64,000 bases of DNA from contig NMRA01000216.1 of NCBI GenBank assembly GCA_002633005.1, forward strand, positions 278,241 to 342,240, given 5' to 3'. Each line of letters begins with the position of its first letter. Position 1 is the first letter of the stretch. Shown in pieces: positions 37,002-51,804 of this stretch. Source of the DNA: Phoronis australis. Its lineage: Eukaryota > Animalia > Phoronida. The notes beneath the pieces were generated by a model. The model saw only the letters and a program-made list of their open reading frames with translations, did no database searches and was not told the origin of the DNA. The position numbers were made by a program, and so were the translations under genes.

Positions 37002-40000
37002 CTAAGCCTTATCCATCAAGTCCAACAGATCATCTTCTTTATCACCACTCTCTCCAACTGTCATCTCTCCCATTATACGGCTCAGTTCTGCACTTCTTTT
37101 CTTCTGTAAGCAGAAAAACATGATACTATGGTAAACATTCTCCAGTTTGAGACAAAAAATAAATTATTTTCTTCTGGGTCTGAGCTTGGACCAAATTTCA
37201 GAAATGGACAATTTTGGCCTTCCCAAATTCAAGAATTGCAATCGACAACAAACAACAATTCACCTCGATACTTCACAGTATGGAGATGCATGAAAATGTT
37301 TAATCGGTGTCAAATTACAAGTTGAATTTTGGTTCCCAAATTTTAAAAGCTGTTCCAAACTGGAGAAGTTTTAATGCAGGCTTCATCTGGTAACAATTAT
37401 GAAAATTCCAACCTGAATACAAGACATGAGCGGCAAATAATGGCCATTGGGCAACAAAATATCACCACTACTACGATGTGACGTAATAGTCTTAACAAAT
37501 CAATCTTACCAATTCCATGAAGTGTCAGCAATATGTACTGATCTGTAGGCCATTCTTTCCACACTATTTTATAAAAGTAGCTGGAATTGCTTACTTCATC
37601 CAAATCAATATTCATAAACAAAAAATGAGGACTGAGTTACCAGCTTTGCTCTAGCAATGACGTCTATTGAAAAGCAGTGAGTCAAGCACACGACACTCAA
37701 TACATGGCATATATTTAGTTCACCTAGAAGATTAACAAAGTAAAAAAATCACAAAAGCAAATTCGCCATGGCCATTGCATCAACCGACTGTTATCAATCA
37801 CAGGAGCAGGCATGCCACCACCACATATTTGCAAACAGTTTTAAAATAGTTGCCAGTTCGACGATGAAATCTGGCCTGCCAATCACACCCACAACATCCC
37901 GGTCACTTGATAACAACAACGTCGGCACACAGTTACCTGACATCCTTCCGTCTAACGGTGGTGAGACAAACAAAGTGCCATTGACAAAAAATTCTGCCTT
38001 AGCAATTGAAAACAACTACACTGCATAACAGTTTATCCAAAACCAATACTGTTTTGAAAATGATGATGGGTAGCGCCATTCAAACTGCAAGTTTTTGGTT
38101 GTTTTTCTCCAAGTGAATGCTACAAGAAATTTTCAGATCTAGAGTTGAATTAAATGAGATCATCTTTTCAAACAAACCATTGATACAGCAATGGTTGTCG
38201 ATCACAGTTTAAGTAAAAAAATATCAAAACAATAAATATTCATAAACACAGTTAAAGAAACTGGACAGGTTTATAAGATGGAAATGAAAAATGCTTCGAA
38301 TGACAAAAAGAAGATTTGCATATGGCAAATCGCAACATAATGCCCACTCGGGGAAAAAAACGCTTTTGTTGGATTACAATGAGGGCCAGCTCAGCACAAA
38401 CACTCTTCATTGCCATCACCACCCAATTCAATTTTGACATATCTGCATGTGAAAATGTTCCAGGGCGGAGTGATTGATAATAACGGACAACAAGGGTAAG
38501 GCGACAGTAGTTCACTGCATCAGGTAAATGCGATTGGCTCCTCCAACCTCATGAGGTTCAAGAAACAGTTCAGCCACAGTGTTAGGTACCTAGCAACTAT
38601 TTTTTATTGTATTCCAGGGTTTGATGCTGATTGGTGAAATCCTCGGCAGAGTTTGACTGTTAGTGTAGAACATAACATGGCTGCAACGTAGATGCCACCT
38701 TTTTACTCAGAAACCAAAATGGAAACTGACATCCCATCGCGTAAACTCTAGGGTAAGTCTAGTAGAGAATTTATCCAAAAACTTGGTATCTCTAGTGTCA
38801 GAGCGGGCCTTTGACATTCTACAGTTATTGCAACTATTGTAAATGGTTGTTTTAAAAAATCAAACTGTGCAAAATGCCATGAAGGAGCTGTGGGGGAAAG
38901 GTGTCCTACACAGCCAGAAATTCATTATGGCAACTCGTATCATTAGATTCAATACAAAATATCCACGTATTGTTTTGAAACATACTGCGAACTGTCAATA
39001 TGTTTTTGTGTTTACTTAAAGCAGACAACAGCAGCAGCAGGTTATTCAACTGCTCATTGAGCATGGCCACGCAACAAAAATACGCAAGAGGTCAATGAGA
39101 CAGTCGAAATTCACAAGGTGGCACTGCCTGTTGAATCGCGCCTATTCAGGTCACAAATGCGCCTGCACAGATTAACAGCTCTCAGCTCCCAGTTAGTTCA
39201 ATTGATAAAAAAGATATTCACCCCTTAAACATCAAATACTAAATGGTAAAATCTCACCAAATTAGGCCACAACATGGCAGACAAGTGAAATTTCTTTTTT
39301 TTTCATGAAAAATAAGTATCCCAAAATAAATTCTCCATAAGTTTTCAAGTTCTATACCACAGCTAACAACAGTCAATGTGTTGCCAAACTGTGGGCAATT
39401 ACACAACGTTGGAAGCCTTTGGAAAATGAAGAAAGGTCAGTTTTGGCAATTATTTTTGAATGTCCAAACTGGCCAGATTTTGCTGTTCCCACGATGGCTA
39501 CTATCCTACTTTGTATACGCACCTTGCTAGCATCAATGTTTATGACCGTAGATCCCGGCTCTTCTGGTGGTCGAGCAGCTTCAGCCTCCCTGTATTATTA
39601 GGAATAGTTAAACATCTATTACACATCACAACCTAACCATCAGCCTCCCTGTATTATTACGATTAGTTAGTTAAACATCTATTACACATCACAACCTAAC
39701 CATGTCAATGGCCTCGCTTTTGCGAAGTTACTTAATAGGTGCACACTCCTCGCGTGTAGATGTAAAATCAAAAGCATAATGTGGTGACTCAACTTTGAAG
39801 AACAAAAATTTATCACACCATGCTACCATGAACTCAAAAGCATCAAGTGCAAAGACAATCAATATTCTTCTCAAGTTGATAAAAAAATTCCCTTGGCTTC
39901 CTGAATTTAAACCCAGTAATCTTGTTCCTAAGTCAATAAACAATAATGCATTTAGTCATTTAAAGTGAGAGCACATTTTGAGACAACCTGTGTTAATTCT

Positions 40001-43000
40001 ATGTTTACTTACTGCTCCTCCTCGTCTGTGTTGAAGAAGTTAAGTCTAAAGGCCGATTGTTTCTTAGTCTCACCACCACCGATTAACTTGGACAGGAGCT
40101 CAAGCTGGGCCTTAGCCAAGGGGTTAGGCACATTGCTCTCCTAGGATGTACAGATAAAACTGTAGTTTTGTGCAGAACTGCCACATATTCTGTGACAGCA
40201 TTATCTTGAAGTTTAATACTGTCATAATGAATTTAAGATAGCACAGATGCCATGTTAAAATGATAACATACTGAATAAAATATTTCACCATTTTTAAACC
40301 ACGGGCGATCCAACAAGCGCAGCAGTGACTTTCAAAAATGTTTCTCGGCTCAGCATAAAGGATTATTAGTAAATAAATGATACACAGCTTAATATGCAGA
40401 GGATTTTCAGTTACCAAATAACAGTCCTCAAAAATGCTTCACCGCAAAAATTTAAAACTACAAAAAATATACTTGGCTACTCAGCAGATAACTTACGATG
40501 TCAGTAGGTACATTGCTCCCTCTGGTGGGTGCTGAGCTAGTCACCTCAGATGGTTTCGACTTACTATACCTACAATTGAAACAAAACAGTAAATTTGAAT
40601 GTGTGGCAGTGATTCATTAATGAATACTGCTCAAAGGCAGTACAATGATAAAATGGTTAATTAATGGAATTACATCACAAAAAGTAAAAACCCTGGAGAT
40701 GGGGTTCACACATAACAGGGGCTGGTAGGTGCATGCTGCCAACTCGGGTTGGTTTTATGCTCCCTCGGGTATCCTCTTAAGTACACATTTCAGTTTCCTG
40801 GTAATGTCTTGGCTTGGTACCCATTTTCACTCTCGTATTGCATTGGTCTCGATCTTGAATGTAGTAGAGAACCCCCCGAAACAATAAAAAATCGCAATGA
40901 TCACCAACATTACAAATAAAAGATGGATTTTTAATATGTACCCCCAAAAATAAACTTTTCATAATCTATCGCACATTAGTTGCGGATAAATTCTTAAAGA
41001 CATTTGATGAAACTATCCATTGATATCAAAACGTATTGAACACATGAGAAAGGAATTCCTCATTTAAAGCGACAATCAACCTGCTTTCCATCACAAAACA
41101 ACTTTTGACTTAGATCCCTCAATGCTTTGAAATTGGTTTCAAATTGTTCTTAAGAAGTCAAACTGGAAGTGATTTCAGTGCTTTGAAAGAACTGGCAATT
41201 CATTATTGCTTGATACCAGGCACTATTACAAGTTGACTTGTCATGACATGTCATTTTATGCACCAAGTATGGTCTCGATGAACAACAAAGTATCAGTTCT
41301 TTGCAAACCCAGAAACCTTCTCATCTGAGTAAATAAAAAGTTGAGACCAACTGCACAGTGGTAGCTGGTCTAAAACAAAAGTTAGCATCAAGGACCGAAT
41401 GCAAGTTAATAGCCACATACATTCACAATCAGCTGCATCAAACAATACACTGCTGCACACCGCTTACATTGCTTAACCCAATCTTTGCACAAAAATTTAA
41501 TTGTCTTGTGACAAGGAAATGCTAGCAATTGAATTTAAAGTCCCATATAGCACTAATCAGGTCAAGCTAAAGTGGCAAATTTCAAACTCCAATTGATGAC
41601 TAAGTTAGAAGCAGTAAATATTCTCACTGAATCTATCCCTACACTCGTAGTTTTAGTGTGTATAATTAGGAGCTCTAATTCTCTAAATAAAAAACATAAC
41701 AAAACAAAGAGTTCCACCCCAAACATTAATCAAAACAACTGTCTCCATAAATGATGCTGCATAGGGCTTTAAAAAATACTGTCTTACATGTTAGTGCCAA
41801 GCTTGGTGACTCTGTCACCAGACATTTCAAATGACCCTTCTCGCACGGCCATGACATACTGTCCACCACAGTCAAAGGAAGAAGACTTCACCTGCTGACC
41901 ACCACTGAACAGTCTGGAAACAAATTACTACAGAGGTGACTATCACATCATAGAAAGGATTGGCTTCAGAGCACTGTCTTACTGAAAGGCTTATGAAGTT
42001 CTCGCACTATACAAGGTAATTCTTCACCTATTTAGTATGTAAAATGGCAGACAAGTAAAATTTCTCTTCCTGAATTTGTTAATGAAAATAAAGATTAGAC
42101 AATTTTAAGCCTATTTATCTCGATTTCTACACTGTACATGTCATAGAACAACATTTGGTAAAATTGTCCATGAATTTCAGCATGGCAGCTAACATTTGAA
42201 CTATACAAAAATGACAATTTTGGCTTTTATTTGTGTGCAAAAATATGTGTAAGTACTGAACACATTGCATCCTTACAGACAATTCCTTAAACCTTACTTG
42301 ATAGTACCAGGCACCTCATTCCCCCAGGACACTGGGCCACTGGTTGGCAAGGAGAACTTGCCACTAGAGTTTTGGACTTTGTCCCGGAGGAAAATGGAGA
42401 CCTGAAAAACAGTAGAGACAAAGAACGTGACAAGTTAGTGAGATGTCTAGGAACTACTTTTTCTTGTGTCAACTTGTTTTTTAAAGTAATCTTGCAGTAT
42501 GGAAATGTTTTGAGGAAAATGGAGCAAATGAGATTATACAGAGAGAAACATGAAAACAAAAAGCCAAATGAAATGTAACTGATATTTGAAAGCGTGGTCA
42601 TGGAACCGTTTCCACACCCTGATACAAATCATAGTCATTGCCTTTTTTCATGAGATTTCAGTAATACACCTTCACAGCTCGAGTGAAGACAGAACATTAA
42701 TCAACAGAAGGTACTTACTCTGATGTGCATGTCTTGGAAGAAGTTCAATAGTGTCTGTCGAATGAGCTGGAACTCACCGGCTGAGAGGGATGCAAACGTC
42801 TGCAAAGTTAATCGAACCAGAAATGACAAAATGTTAATGTTTGGAAACAAGCGATAAAACTCAAAAGATGGTGCCGGTGCATTTAACAATTGCGATAAAT
42901 GCGAGCAGAACTTCACAACCATGTATGTAAAAAAGGATTTTGAAAACAGTAGATTACAGATTTGGGTTACTTGAATGTAAGTCAAACGGAATGAACAGAA

Positions 43001-46000
43001 CAAGTTGTTTCGGTTTACATTGGTAGAATAATGAACATGACAGAATACATGAACAAACGAGGAACGGGCTTATTCCTAACAATAAGGCTTAGACAAAAAA
43101 GAACAAAAACACAATGTAAAATGGCAACTGTTTTGTTCACTAGCATATTAGAAGTATTGAGAAAGTGGAGCAAAGGCAATGAATCAACTAAGCAAAGAAG
43201 ATTACTAGCAACTGAAGAGATTGGAGTTTTTGCAAGGAATAGGAGAGGGGGGATGTGACCTCCTTTGCCCTTCATGTCTATAACAGCCGATTTGATTTTC
43301 AGACATTTACCTGTAGTAACAACTTATAAACATTGTCTACTTGTGACTTTATTGGTGCTGTTTCCTTCACCATACCACGGATGGCATCCATGTGATTCAA
43401 TGTGACCAATAAGACATCAGCTGGACGGAGACACAATGAAACCTGGTACTTGACGGCCATCGTCATTAAGTCATACAGCTGGAAACAAAAAAGTAGGCAC
43501 TTCACTTAAAGTGGAACTCGTATGCTAATTCCTATCTCTGTGATTGCTTGGTCGATGATGTGAATATGAAGTACTGTGTTTTCAAGAATGAGATTTGTAT
43601 CGAAAATGATCCAGTGTAAATCACTCAACCGTGTCCAGTAAGTATCGTGACGTGACGTTGAGGAATACCACTGCATGATGCAGGCTAAGTGAGCTCCCAA
43701 GGTATGTCTTCAGAGCAAAGGTCACCTATTTGCACAATTTTTTGTTTTCACATTTACAAGTCGTCAATCAATACAACTGCACTTTGATTTATGTAGACGG
43801 CGTGCAAATAGCATTGTCGTTTAGCTTCTGCTAGTTATGAGCATGCAAATACATCTTCAAGCAGATTGCTCACAGACAAATGAAAAAAAACTGTGAAAAA
43901 CGAATTCGTATCTGTCAACAACAGAAAACTGTTAAAGGGCCTTGGGTCATAAACCACTTACTGAAAGCTAACCTTATTCCCATTAGAAATGATTTCTAGG
44001 CTTGTGAAGAACAGAAAGGACATTTTTGGTTCAGACCTGGCCCATTACGAGGCTATTCATCGATAACGCTGTGTGGCCTTCAGGGGAATTCCAATCGATT
44101 TATTTGTTAACCAATTTCAATCCAAATAAAGGAGAACACAATAATTTTGCCCTGGAAGAGCAAATAGCTACAGGGTGTAAATAAAATTGATGCTTTTTAA
44201 TAGCACAACTTGGTTAATAGTGGGATCAAAATGCCTCAATGAAGACCTAATACATTTCAACACTGGGATTTATCTGAGGATGCTATTCACAAACACAAGC
44301 ACACACACACACACTGCTTTGTATTATCTGTATTGAGCACCATAATGTAGGCTGCTGCCTGTTTGTCCAGCACTGTTCACACACAAACACATGCTGTCTA
44401 CACTTGCTGCATTGAACCACATTATAGGAAGGGAGTAAACACTGTTCTTTGTATTAGGATACATACCTTGTCCATACTAGCAGCATTGAGCCTCATGATG
44501 GAGGCATGCGCCAGTCTATCAAACACTGTTCTCATGGCTTTCTTAGAGTAGAGTTCTTGTGGTTTAAAAAGCTCTTCCATGAACCGCGTGTTGAACATAG
44601 TGCTTACAATGTCATTCAGAACTGAAAAAAAATAAACATTTCGAACCATTTGGATTACCATGACATTTCTGATCAAGACTATGCTCTAAATTTTGTAGGA
44701 AGTCTCAAAAATGCAAGAACATGCATTTCACATTTAAGTTGTTTATAACAGCGGTGATGCATGCACCTCATGGGAGTCGGGATAATAGAATCTTTGATGG
44801 TGAAGAGAAGCTGGAAAATAAGGATACCCCTCAATAAAAGAGTGGACTTGAAAAAATGAAAACGTTTGTAGGGAAGTCTGCCAAAAATCTAAATCTTTCA
44901 CAGGAATTTTTTATAGTTATGGACAAAGGAATTCCCAATGTGAACCTTAATTGGAAAAAGCATCCTTTCTCAGAGAATTTTGTCAGAAAAGGCAACATTT
45001 CATGAGGAAACTGGTCATGAAATTCACCCTTCTGAATAGAATGTCCAGGATACCGCTTCTCTAGGAGCACCCTGCGAGGTGCACCTATGTTTCTCCTGTG
45101 ATCACGATCACATGTAGAAACTTCGAGCAAAAATTGGGTAGACACAGGGAAGAGCCATTAAAACCTTCCTTGAATGGATTTTTGGTTATTTTAGATACAT
45201 TGGGCAAGTCAGATAGTACCAGCAATAATTAAGCAACAAAAGAAAACAGGATTTTATCATTCAAACATAGGTTTGTAAAACGATAACTGAACTACGGAGT
45301 CTTTATTGCGCCACACTGCATCACCACGAGAACACAGAATAAAGAATAAAAGGCTGAAAGTAGTTGTATTAGATAGGAGTGTTCCCAATGTAAGGATTGT
45401 TGTGGTGAGCAGACGCATGTAAGTCAATGATCCCAGCCATTCATTACATTTGGGAATTTACGCCATTGGTACACTCAGAGTGATGTCGGAAACCTCGAAG
45501 CAACAAAATTCATGCGTTTCACCATTCAAGGTAGGAGGTCGATATAAGCAACACACAAAGTAACCAAGTTGAGTCGGTTTTGTTGTAGTTACAGTAATAA
45601 TTCAAGATGGTGTTTCTATACGGTACTTTTGGACTAACAAGACATTTTGAAGTATCAGTGACACGTAAATACCCGATTAAGATGTTTTCTCCTCCATATT
45701 TCTCAATTCTGCTACTTTAGTACTCTAATGATATCTAGCACAGATTCCATGCTACCTGGGATTAATTGGTAATAATCGAGTACTTCAGGTGTGCATTCCC
45801 ACTACCAAGTGTTACAGGTATCGGAGGTGATACAAACTCAATCAGGTTTAGGCCACAAAAAGAAAAACCATTTTATAATGTCCAAGTTGGAATGATAATG
45901 CAAGAAATGGAACATGCAACAACGGCGGCAAGGACCAAAATAAGAAATCAGCAGATATCAAGGTACACACAGTAGAAAGTTGTGAAAATTAGAACAAGAA

Positions 46001-49000
46001 TACAAGTTTCAATAAGCTTTAAACAAGGTATTTTCATCACAAAACAGCCACCTTCTTTGAAAGGACATGAAACGCATCGTACAATGCAAAACAAATCCAG
46101 TATAACCATTCTCATATCGGTTTTAAACATTCACACTTTTGTTTTTGCTCAATAGCATGTAAGCGTCATTACTATTGACCTTAACAATCAATCATATCTG
46201 ACGAAAATTCTATATATGTGCATTAATTACCGATAATGATTGCCAGTGAGTGTATGTAAATATTTCAGGTGCCCTGTTTCCTTACATCACCTGTCTTCAT
46301 CACAGCATGAACAATATATATGTGATTACAGTCAACTTAAATGTGACTGCCTAATAGTAACGAAGACAGACACAAGTTTGATAATTACAAAAATCAAAAA
46401 AAAACAAAACAGTTATAGTGAGTGCTATGTCAGAGGGTCAAAAATGGCCAACATCAAAGTGAGATAAAACAATGAAGTCAAAAGCAATTCAGTCTCTATG
46501 AGCTCCAATATAACCAAAGAAAACATTTTGCTAAATGTTAACTTGCCATATTTCACGAGTTGATGTTTTGTGAGGATAGCAAAACTATTTTAACATTCAA
46601 CATTCCTCCTAGGTAAAAATCACATTTTCTGATTAGAAATCAAAATAACTTTCATAATGAAAATCAATAACCTAGACAAACAGTTGCAAGTTTCTTACAT
46701 CTGCACAATAATCAACTGATACAAACTTTTAGCATGACTTTTGTATTCTACTTTTTGCCTAAAACTGTTGTCCTGATTTTTCTTAAAGCTAACTAAATGT
46801 AATTGTTTCTAAAGATTCAAGCTTATTGATTTTTCAAAATCTGCATTTTGTTCTGAAACGGAAATATTTGCTCAATCACAAAATCTGAAGTTCAAACCTA
46901 AGACGAACCTTTGGCAATTATCAACATAATGTAGACCTCCATGATAGCGAGTAGCAGCATATATTCAAGAAAACAACAACGGTTTTAAAACTTGACATAA
47001 ATGACACCGAAACATGTCAAGTTTTAAAACCGTTGTTGTTTTTTTGAATGTAGACCTAGTTAAACATTATTACTCTAAATGGGTGTCTTAAAGAAAGCAA
47101 TGGGTGCTGATCAGGTGGAACTGGTGACTCTTATCATCCCCTGACTGTACAAGGAGGTACTTCTTCTCAGTGGGTGACATTGCCTCCTCATCATCTAAAG
47201 GTGACTGGTACTGTATTTGCCCTAATATGCACGCAGACCCCTATAAGCGCCCCCACCAGTTTTCAGACTTCGCTAAACTAAGCGCCCAGCCCATGAATGT
47301 GTAAATGTAAAAAATGCCTTACCTAGAGTTCTGAAATTCTACAGTAATATCTTCAATTAATCAATAAGATTCGACAGCCGTTAAAAAATCATTGTGCATG
47401 GAATTTGTAGACCACGAGCCTCACCGCTATGTCAGTATTTAGCCGTGACTATACACTTCAAACTTCCGCCGTGATTCAAAAAGAACACAAGTTTTGCTGA
47501 TCTTGTGAGGAACGTGTCCCATTATGGTCTGGCCTTTTAGAACAGATGCAATTGTATTGTATCTTCTCTCCTAACAGGAATCGGTGACTAATAAAAATTT
47601 GACCAGTGTTAAAAGCACCTGGCGAGGAAGCGTGCGCTACATACCTGTCATCGAAGATATTAGTCATCGGGAACTATCTATTCATGACACGGGTAGTATA
47701 GGATCGATCGGCAAGAAATAAATATTGACACTAATTTCTGAAAATGTCTATTACCGTAAAAAACGTTTGCCTTATTTTAAGGAGGAATTATTCAATTAAC
47801 CATAAATGGTGTTTTTAAACTAAAGTCAAAATAACCCACTGATAGTCAGCACCTCCGCACCCTCACACCCCCCCCTCCCAAATCTCTTGGAAAATAACTG
47901 TTAGACTATTATGCATCCAGTCACCCAGCGAATCACCAAGACAATTCTCGAACGTTTTTTAGCAGATGAGACCAACAAGTGCTGAATATAACGCGTTCTT
48001 CTGTACTGCTGGTGTTAATTTCTTTAGTTACAATGCTCACCTTGATCATTACATTGCCTTTACTCTGGCAAATGAAATCTGATGACACGCACACCGTCGC
48101 TCACTTACACACACACGAACTTCAAAACAAACGTCACGTGACAATAACGTGTGTTTGTCCAGAGATTTTGTCGTGTACCATTTAGCGCAGCTTTGGACAT
48201 AATATGCAGTTAATCCCGACTCCACTTAGGGATGCTATTTGGAAAACTTAAGGCCTTCGGGTAATTTTTTGATTCGAAACAGTATTTTTATTCAAGAATT
48301 CAAGTTGCTCCCTCAACAATCGCGACGCATCAATCGGCAAGTTTTCGCCCTAGGATTTCAGCACAATTTTCTGAAAAATGATTGCAATTTAACAACGAAG
48401 TTTGATAGCAATGCACCACAATTTTGTAGAAAGTCTGTTACAGATACGTCACAGAGCCTAAATTTGATGAATCCTAGCTGAAGATTTTTCCCGTTTCGGA
48501 GTCTGGGTTTCAACCGCCTTAGGTTATAATAAGTGCCCCCCTCCCCCCCCTCCTAGAACGAATTTTTCTAAGCGCCCTGGGTGCTTATTAGGGCGAATAT
48601 AGTATATGGATTCTGGTCCAGCGCATTCAATCGCCCTATTGTTACTTGAAAGTCTGGTCAATAATATCCCAAAACTCGCATAAAGATAACAGCAAAAATA
48701 AAGCCAATAAATATATTTTAGCTATAAACTGTGCTCCTGTGAAGGTTTACCCTGTCAAAGTTAAATTAAACACCAAAGACCAAATGGTAAATACTTCACT
48801 TTTAAATAAATCTCTAAGTTTGTGTAAATGGCCAACTTGTAGTAAGGACTTACACAGGTTCCTAGTGAATTCCAATGTATATAGCACTTCAGCATCACAA
48901 TGCAAACTGACGGTAATTTATCTACATTCATATATTATATCTGGCTCTTACTATTAAAATAGCTAACAAAAATGGAATCAACCTCAGAACTAGCCAGAAC

Positions 49001-51803
49001 TTATTGTTCAGACAAGCATTTTTAACACTCAGAACTTATTAAGGACTGGACTATCTCCCCAATTTTTGTTTTTCTCAATATATATATGNNNNNNNNNNNN
49101 NNNNNNNNNNNNNNNNNNNNNNNNNNNNNNNNNNNNNNNNNNNNNNNNNNNNNNNNNNNNNNNNNNNNNNNNNNNNNNNNNNNNNNNNNNNNNNNNNNNN
49201 NNNNNNNNNNNNNNNNNNNNNNNNNNNNNNNNNNNNNNNNNNNNNNNNNNNNNNNNNNNNNNNNNNNNNNNNNNNNNNNNNNNNNNNNNNNNNGGGAGGG
49301 AGGGAGGGAGGGATGGAGGGAGTGAGAGTACACAAGGCAGACGATCTGGGTCCAGAGTCTCAATCTCTTAACCCAGACTCGAAATTGAATCAATGACACC
49401 CAAAACCTGTCGTGCACTTTGTCATTTTCAAGTCGAGTTTCGAGTACTGAGATTAGACCAGGGCCCTGACGTTTGTGCATATGATTATGACAATTATTCT
49501 ATAAAAGTCAAATACTCAAATATGTACTTCGCTTTTCTCAAATGTTCTTAAAACATATCCTGTTTAGAACATTTACAGTGACATAAAACATTCAAATTTG
49601 TAAGATCTGGTTTTATCTAGTGTTCCTAAGTCTACCCTTGATACAAGACACTAACATTATAACCAACGCATTTCAAAGGTCCCTTCCACTATAACTTATT
49701 TCTTTATTCTACACTTTGAATTTTAGTAATCTGCAAAAAAATTCCCCCCAACATGTGTCTATGCAAAGCAACACCCTGCACCAAATAATAGAAGAATTGT
49801 GGTAAATGTAGCTTAGAACCAGACAACAACGCAAACACGAGAAGGTTCATAAATACGAAAATTGAGGAAGTCATAAATTATTACTCTATGCATTATGACA
49901 GATCAGACAGATCAATAATGTAAGTTGAACTTAAAAACGACTATGGTAAAGTCTTATTACTTTCAGACAATAATTACATAAACTCCCCTTTCCTCACTAT
50001 TCAAGGGCTTCTAACATTGTTGTGAAGGACAGCAATTTTTCAAAACACTCTCTGATAATACAGTAGCTGTGACAGGGAACATGAACATGGGAAAACATTA
50101 ATTTGGCGCTATATTCCTTTTTGTGGAAAAAAAAGAGAAAACAAAATTTCCCACGCCGGCCATATTGTGTCCTAAACTGGTGAGATTTTACCGTATGTTG
50201 AAAATCAATGCACATAAAAAATGAAAGTCTGGGTTATGTTGTATTCTGAAAATTTTCTTTCAACAGTTTAAAGTTATCCATGTTTATTTTTGGTTATTAT
50301 TGAAAGATTGGAATTTGTGTGAACATGCATGGCAGAGCCAGGGCATGTAAGTCACCTCACTAGAGAGTAATCTCACAAAAATGCTATAAGTATCCATTAT
50401 TATGGCAAAACTAGCATAATTTTTGCTTCTGGTCTGTGTGTGACTCATTTTAAAACTGGCATGAAGCGAAGCTGAATAAATAAGAAGGATCTCTACCCAT
50501 GTCACTTGGTTTGAAGAAAAAGGATCTCACACCCTTTCAGGTAACTTTTTCCTTCTTGAAAATATGGACAACTAAAAATATCGCATGACAGCACCACTTT
50601 TCAAAATTAAAAAACACAGACAGAAACAAATTAATATTGTTCTAACCATAAATTACACTAAAAAACAATCAGAGACCAAAAAATGCTAGCAATCTACCTG
50701 ATTATTTTGGAATGCTCTTTCAGTCAATTAATTTATAAGATTTTGATAAACTTGATAATGAAGATCCCACAATGTACAAAACTCCGTGAGAATTGTAGAT
50801 TTTGAAGGATGGAAGCAACTATTGTTCAAACTGAACACAAGGCACAGCCCGGGGTTGCTTTGCAAGCTGGAAATCTCTCACAAAGACAGAATTACCACAG
50901 AAAGGTCAACTACTGTAGGTGTTTAGTTCTGGTATTGGTTTAGGTAGGATTTCTCATCCCTTGCTGTTGGTGATTGGTCAGGTTTTAGGGTTTCCAGAGG
51001 GATTTTAAATGTCAAGAGGACTCTTTGGGTTTGAAGTGTAGCAATATGTTTTTTCCAATCATGTGCTACCATTTGTGGCCTTTAGCAATTAACAGCTCAA
51101 AAACAGAGAGATATTTCAGTCACATCAGACAAAGTAGTCCTTTCAATCGTCACCAATTTTGTTTCATCCACAAAATAACAGGCATTATTTAGCGAAAATC
51201 AACTTCTCAAAATCAGGGAAAATCAAATGGGACATAGTTAAATAAGTTTGTCCGCTAACCCTCCTTTTGGGATAGGGTTGCAGTGTCCTCATGCAGTGCC
51301 GATTATCGGTCCCATTCCCTTCTGAAAATATTCAAAATCATTACTCCTTAATACTAATACGGCAAAGTCTAATTATTGAACTACTATGTATTCAATAACA
51401 AATAGGTTAACAATAACATAGCATCCAAACAGCCTTTGGCTCTGCATACTAGCCTCCAGGCTCCAGGATTCTAAATTGCACTAGGAAATGTTATCAAAGC
51501 CAACAAGAGTCCCTAGGGCAAGCGTGATATTTTATTTAAAAATAAAAAACACAAACTGTATCTACAAATTGTACAAAGGTTAAAGTGCAGTTTGATGTGC
51601 CGACGGCAAAAGGCCTGCGTCCAATGCCAATGCATACCGGAATCAGAATGGGTAATGAGCGAACATTAGCCGATTCGATTGGCTAGAAGTGGAATGGGTT
51701 GGGTATCAGTCTGGTTTCACTCAATTTGACGCTTACCCTTTTTTGCTTTGTCTTCCTGGATGTTTTGGGCTCTCAATCGCTGGTCCAGAATATACATCAT
51801 CTC
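37002..51803 (-). CDS. OSCP1: Organic solute carrier partner 1 (OSCP1/C1orf102), 10 exons, first exon truncated at N 51804
   Basis: Minus-strand exons: 51803-51737 (EMMYILDQRLRAQNIQEDKAKK), 44621-44467 (LNDIVSTMFN...SMDK), 43478-43311 (LYDLMTMAVKYQV), 42799-42719 (LSAGEFQLIRQTLLNFFQDMHIR), 42401-42298, 41913-41788 (EGSFEMSGDRVTKLGTN), 40569-40497, 40140-40013 (PNPLAK...FRLNFFNTDEEE), 39589-39523, 37103-37002 (ELSRIMGE...DDLLDLMDKA*). All GT-AG and in phase. Confidence 0.96.
39581..39703. repeat. Tandem duplication (~59-63 bp x2) spanning the OSCP1 exon 9 acceptor
   Basis: tcagcctccctgtattatta...agttaaacatctattacacatcacaacctaaccat occurs twice. Confidence 0.92.
41095..41383. repeat. Copy of the same old dispersed repeat family
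   Basis: aacttttgacttaga...ggtctaaaacaaaagtt (inverted ends); colinear with 12561-12840. Confidence 0.65.
46963..47049. repeat. Hairpin with a 36-bp stem and 15-nt loop in OSCP1 intron 1
   Basis: attcaagaaaacaacaacggttttaaaacttgacat-aaatgacaccgaaac-atgtcaagttttaaaaccgttgttgtttttttgaat; one mismatch. Confidence 0.9.
47211..48602. mobile_element. Non-autonomous TIR DNA transposon (~1.4 kb, TA flanks, Tc1/mariner-like)
   Basis: ta|ctgtatttgccctaatatgcac ... gtgcttattagggcgaatatag|ta, with subterminal taagcgccc repeats at both ends. No transposase ORF. Confidence 0.78.
49089..49293. other. Assembly gap (205 N) flanked by (TA)n and (GGGA)n microsatellite
   Basis: N run seen directly. Confidence 0.99.
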
Positions 51804-51804
51804 N
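51804..51804. other. Single-N contig junction hiding missing sequence
   Basis: OSCP1 exon 1 stops abruptly at the N and the 5' two-thirds of the CYP gene is absent. Confidence 0.85.

Noticed and set aside
49022-49480. ORFs spanning the N run
   Set aside because: Artefacts of translating Ns.
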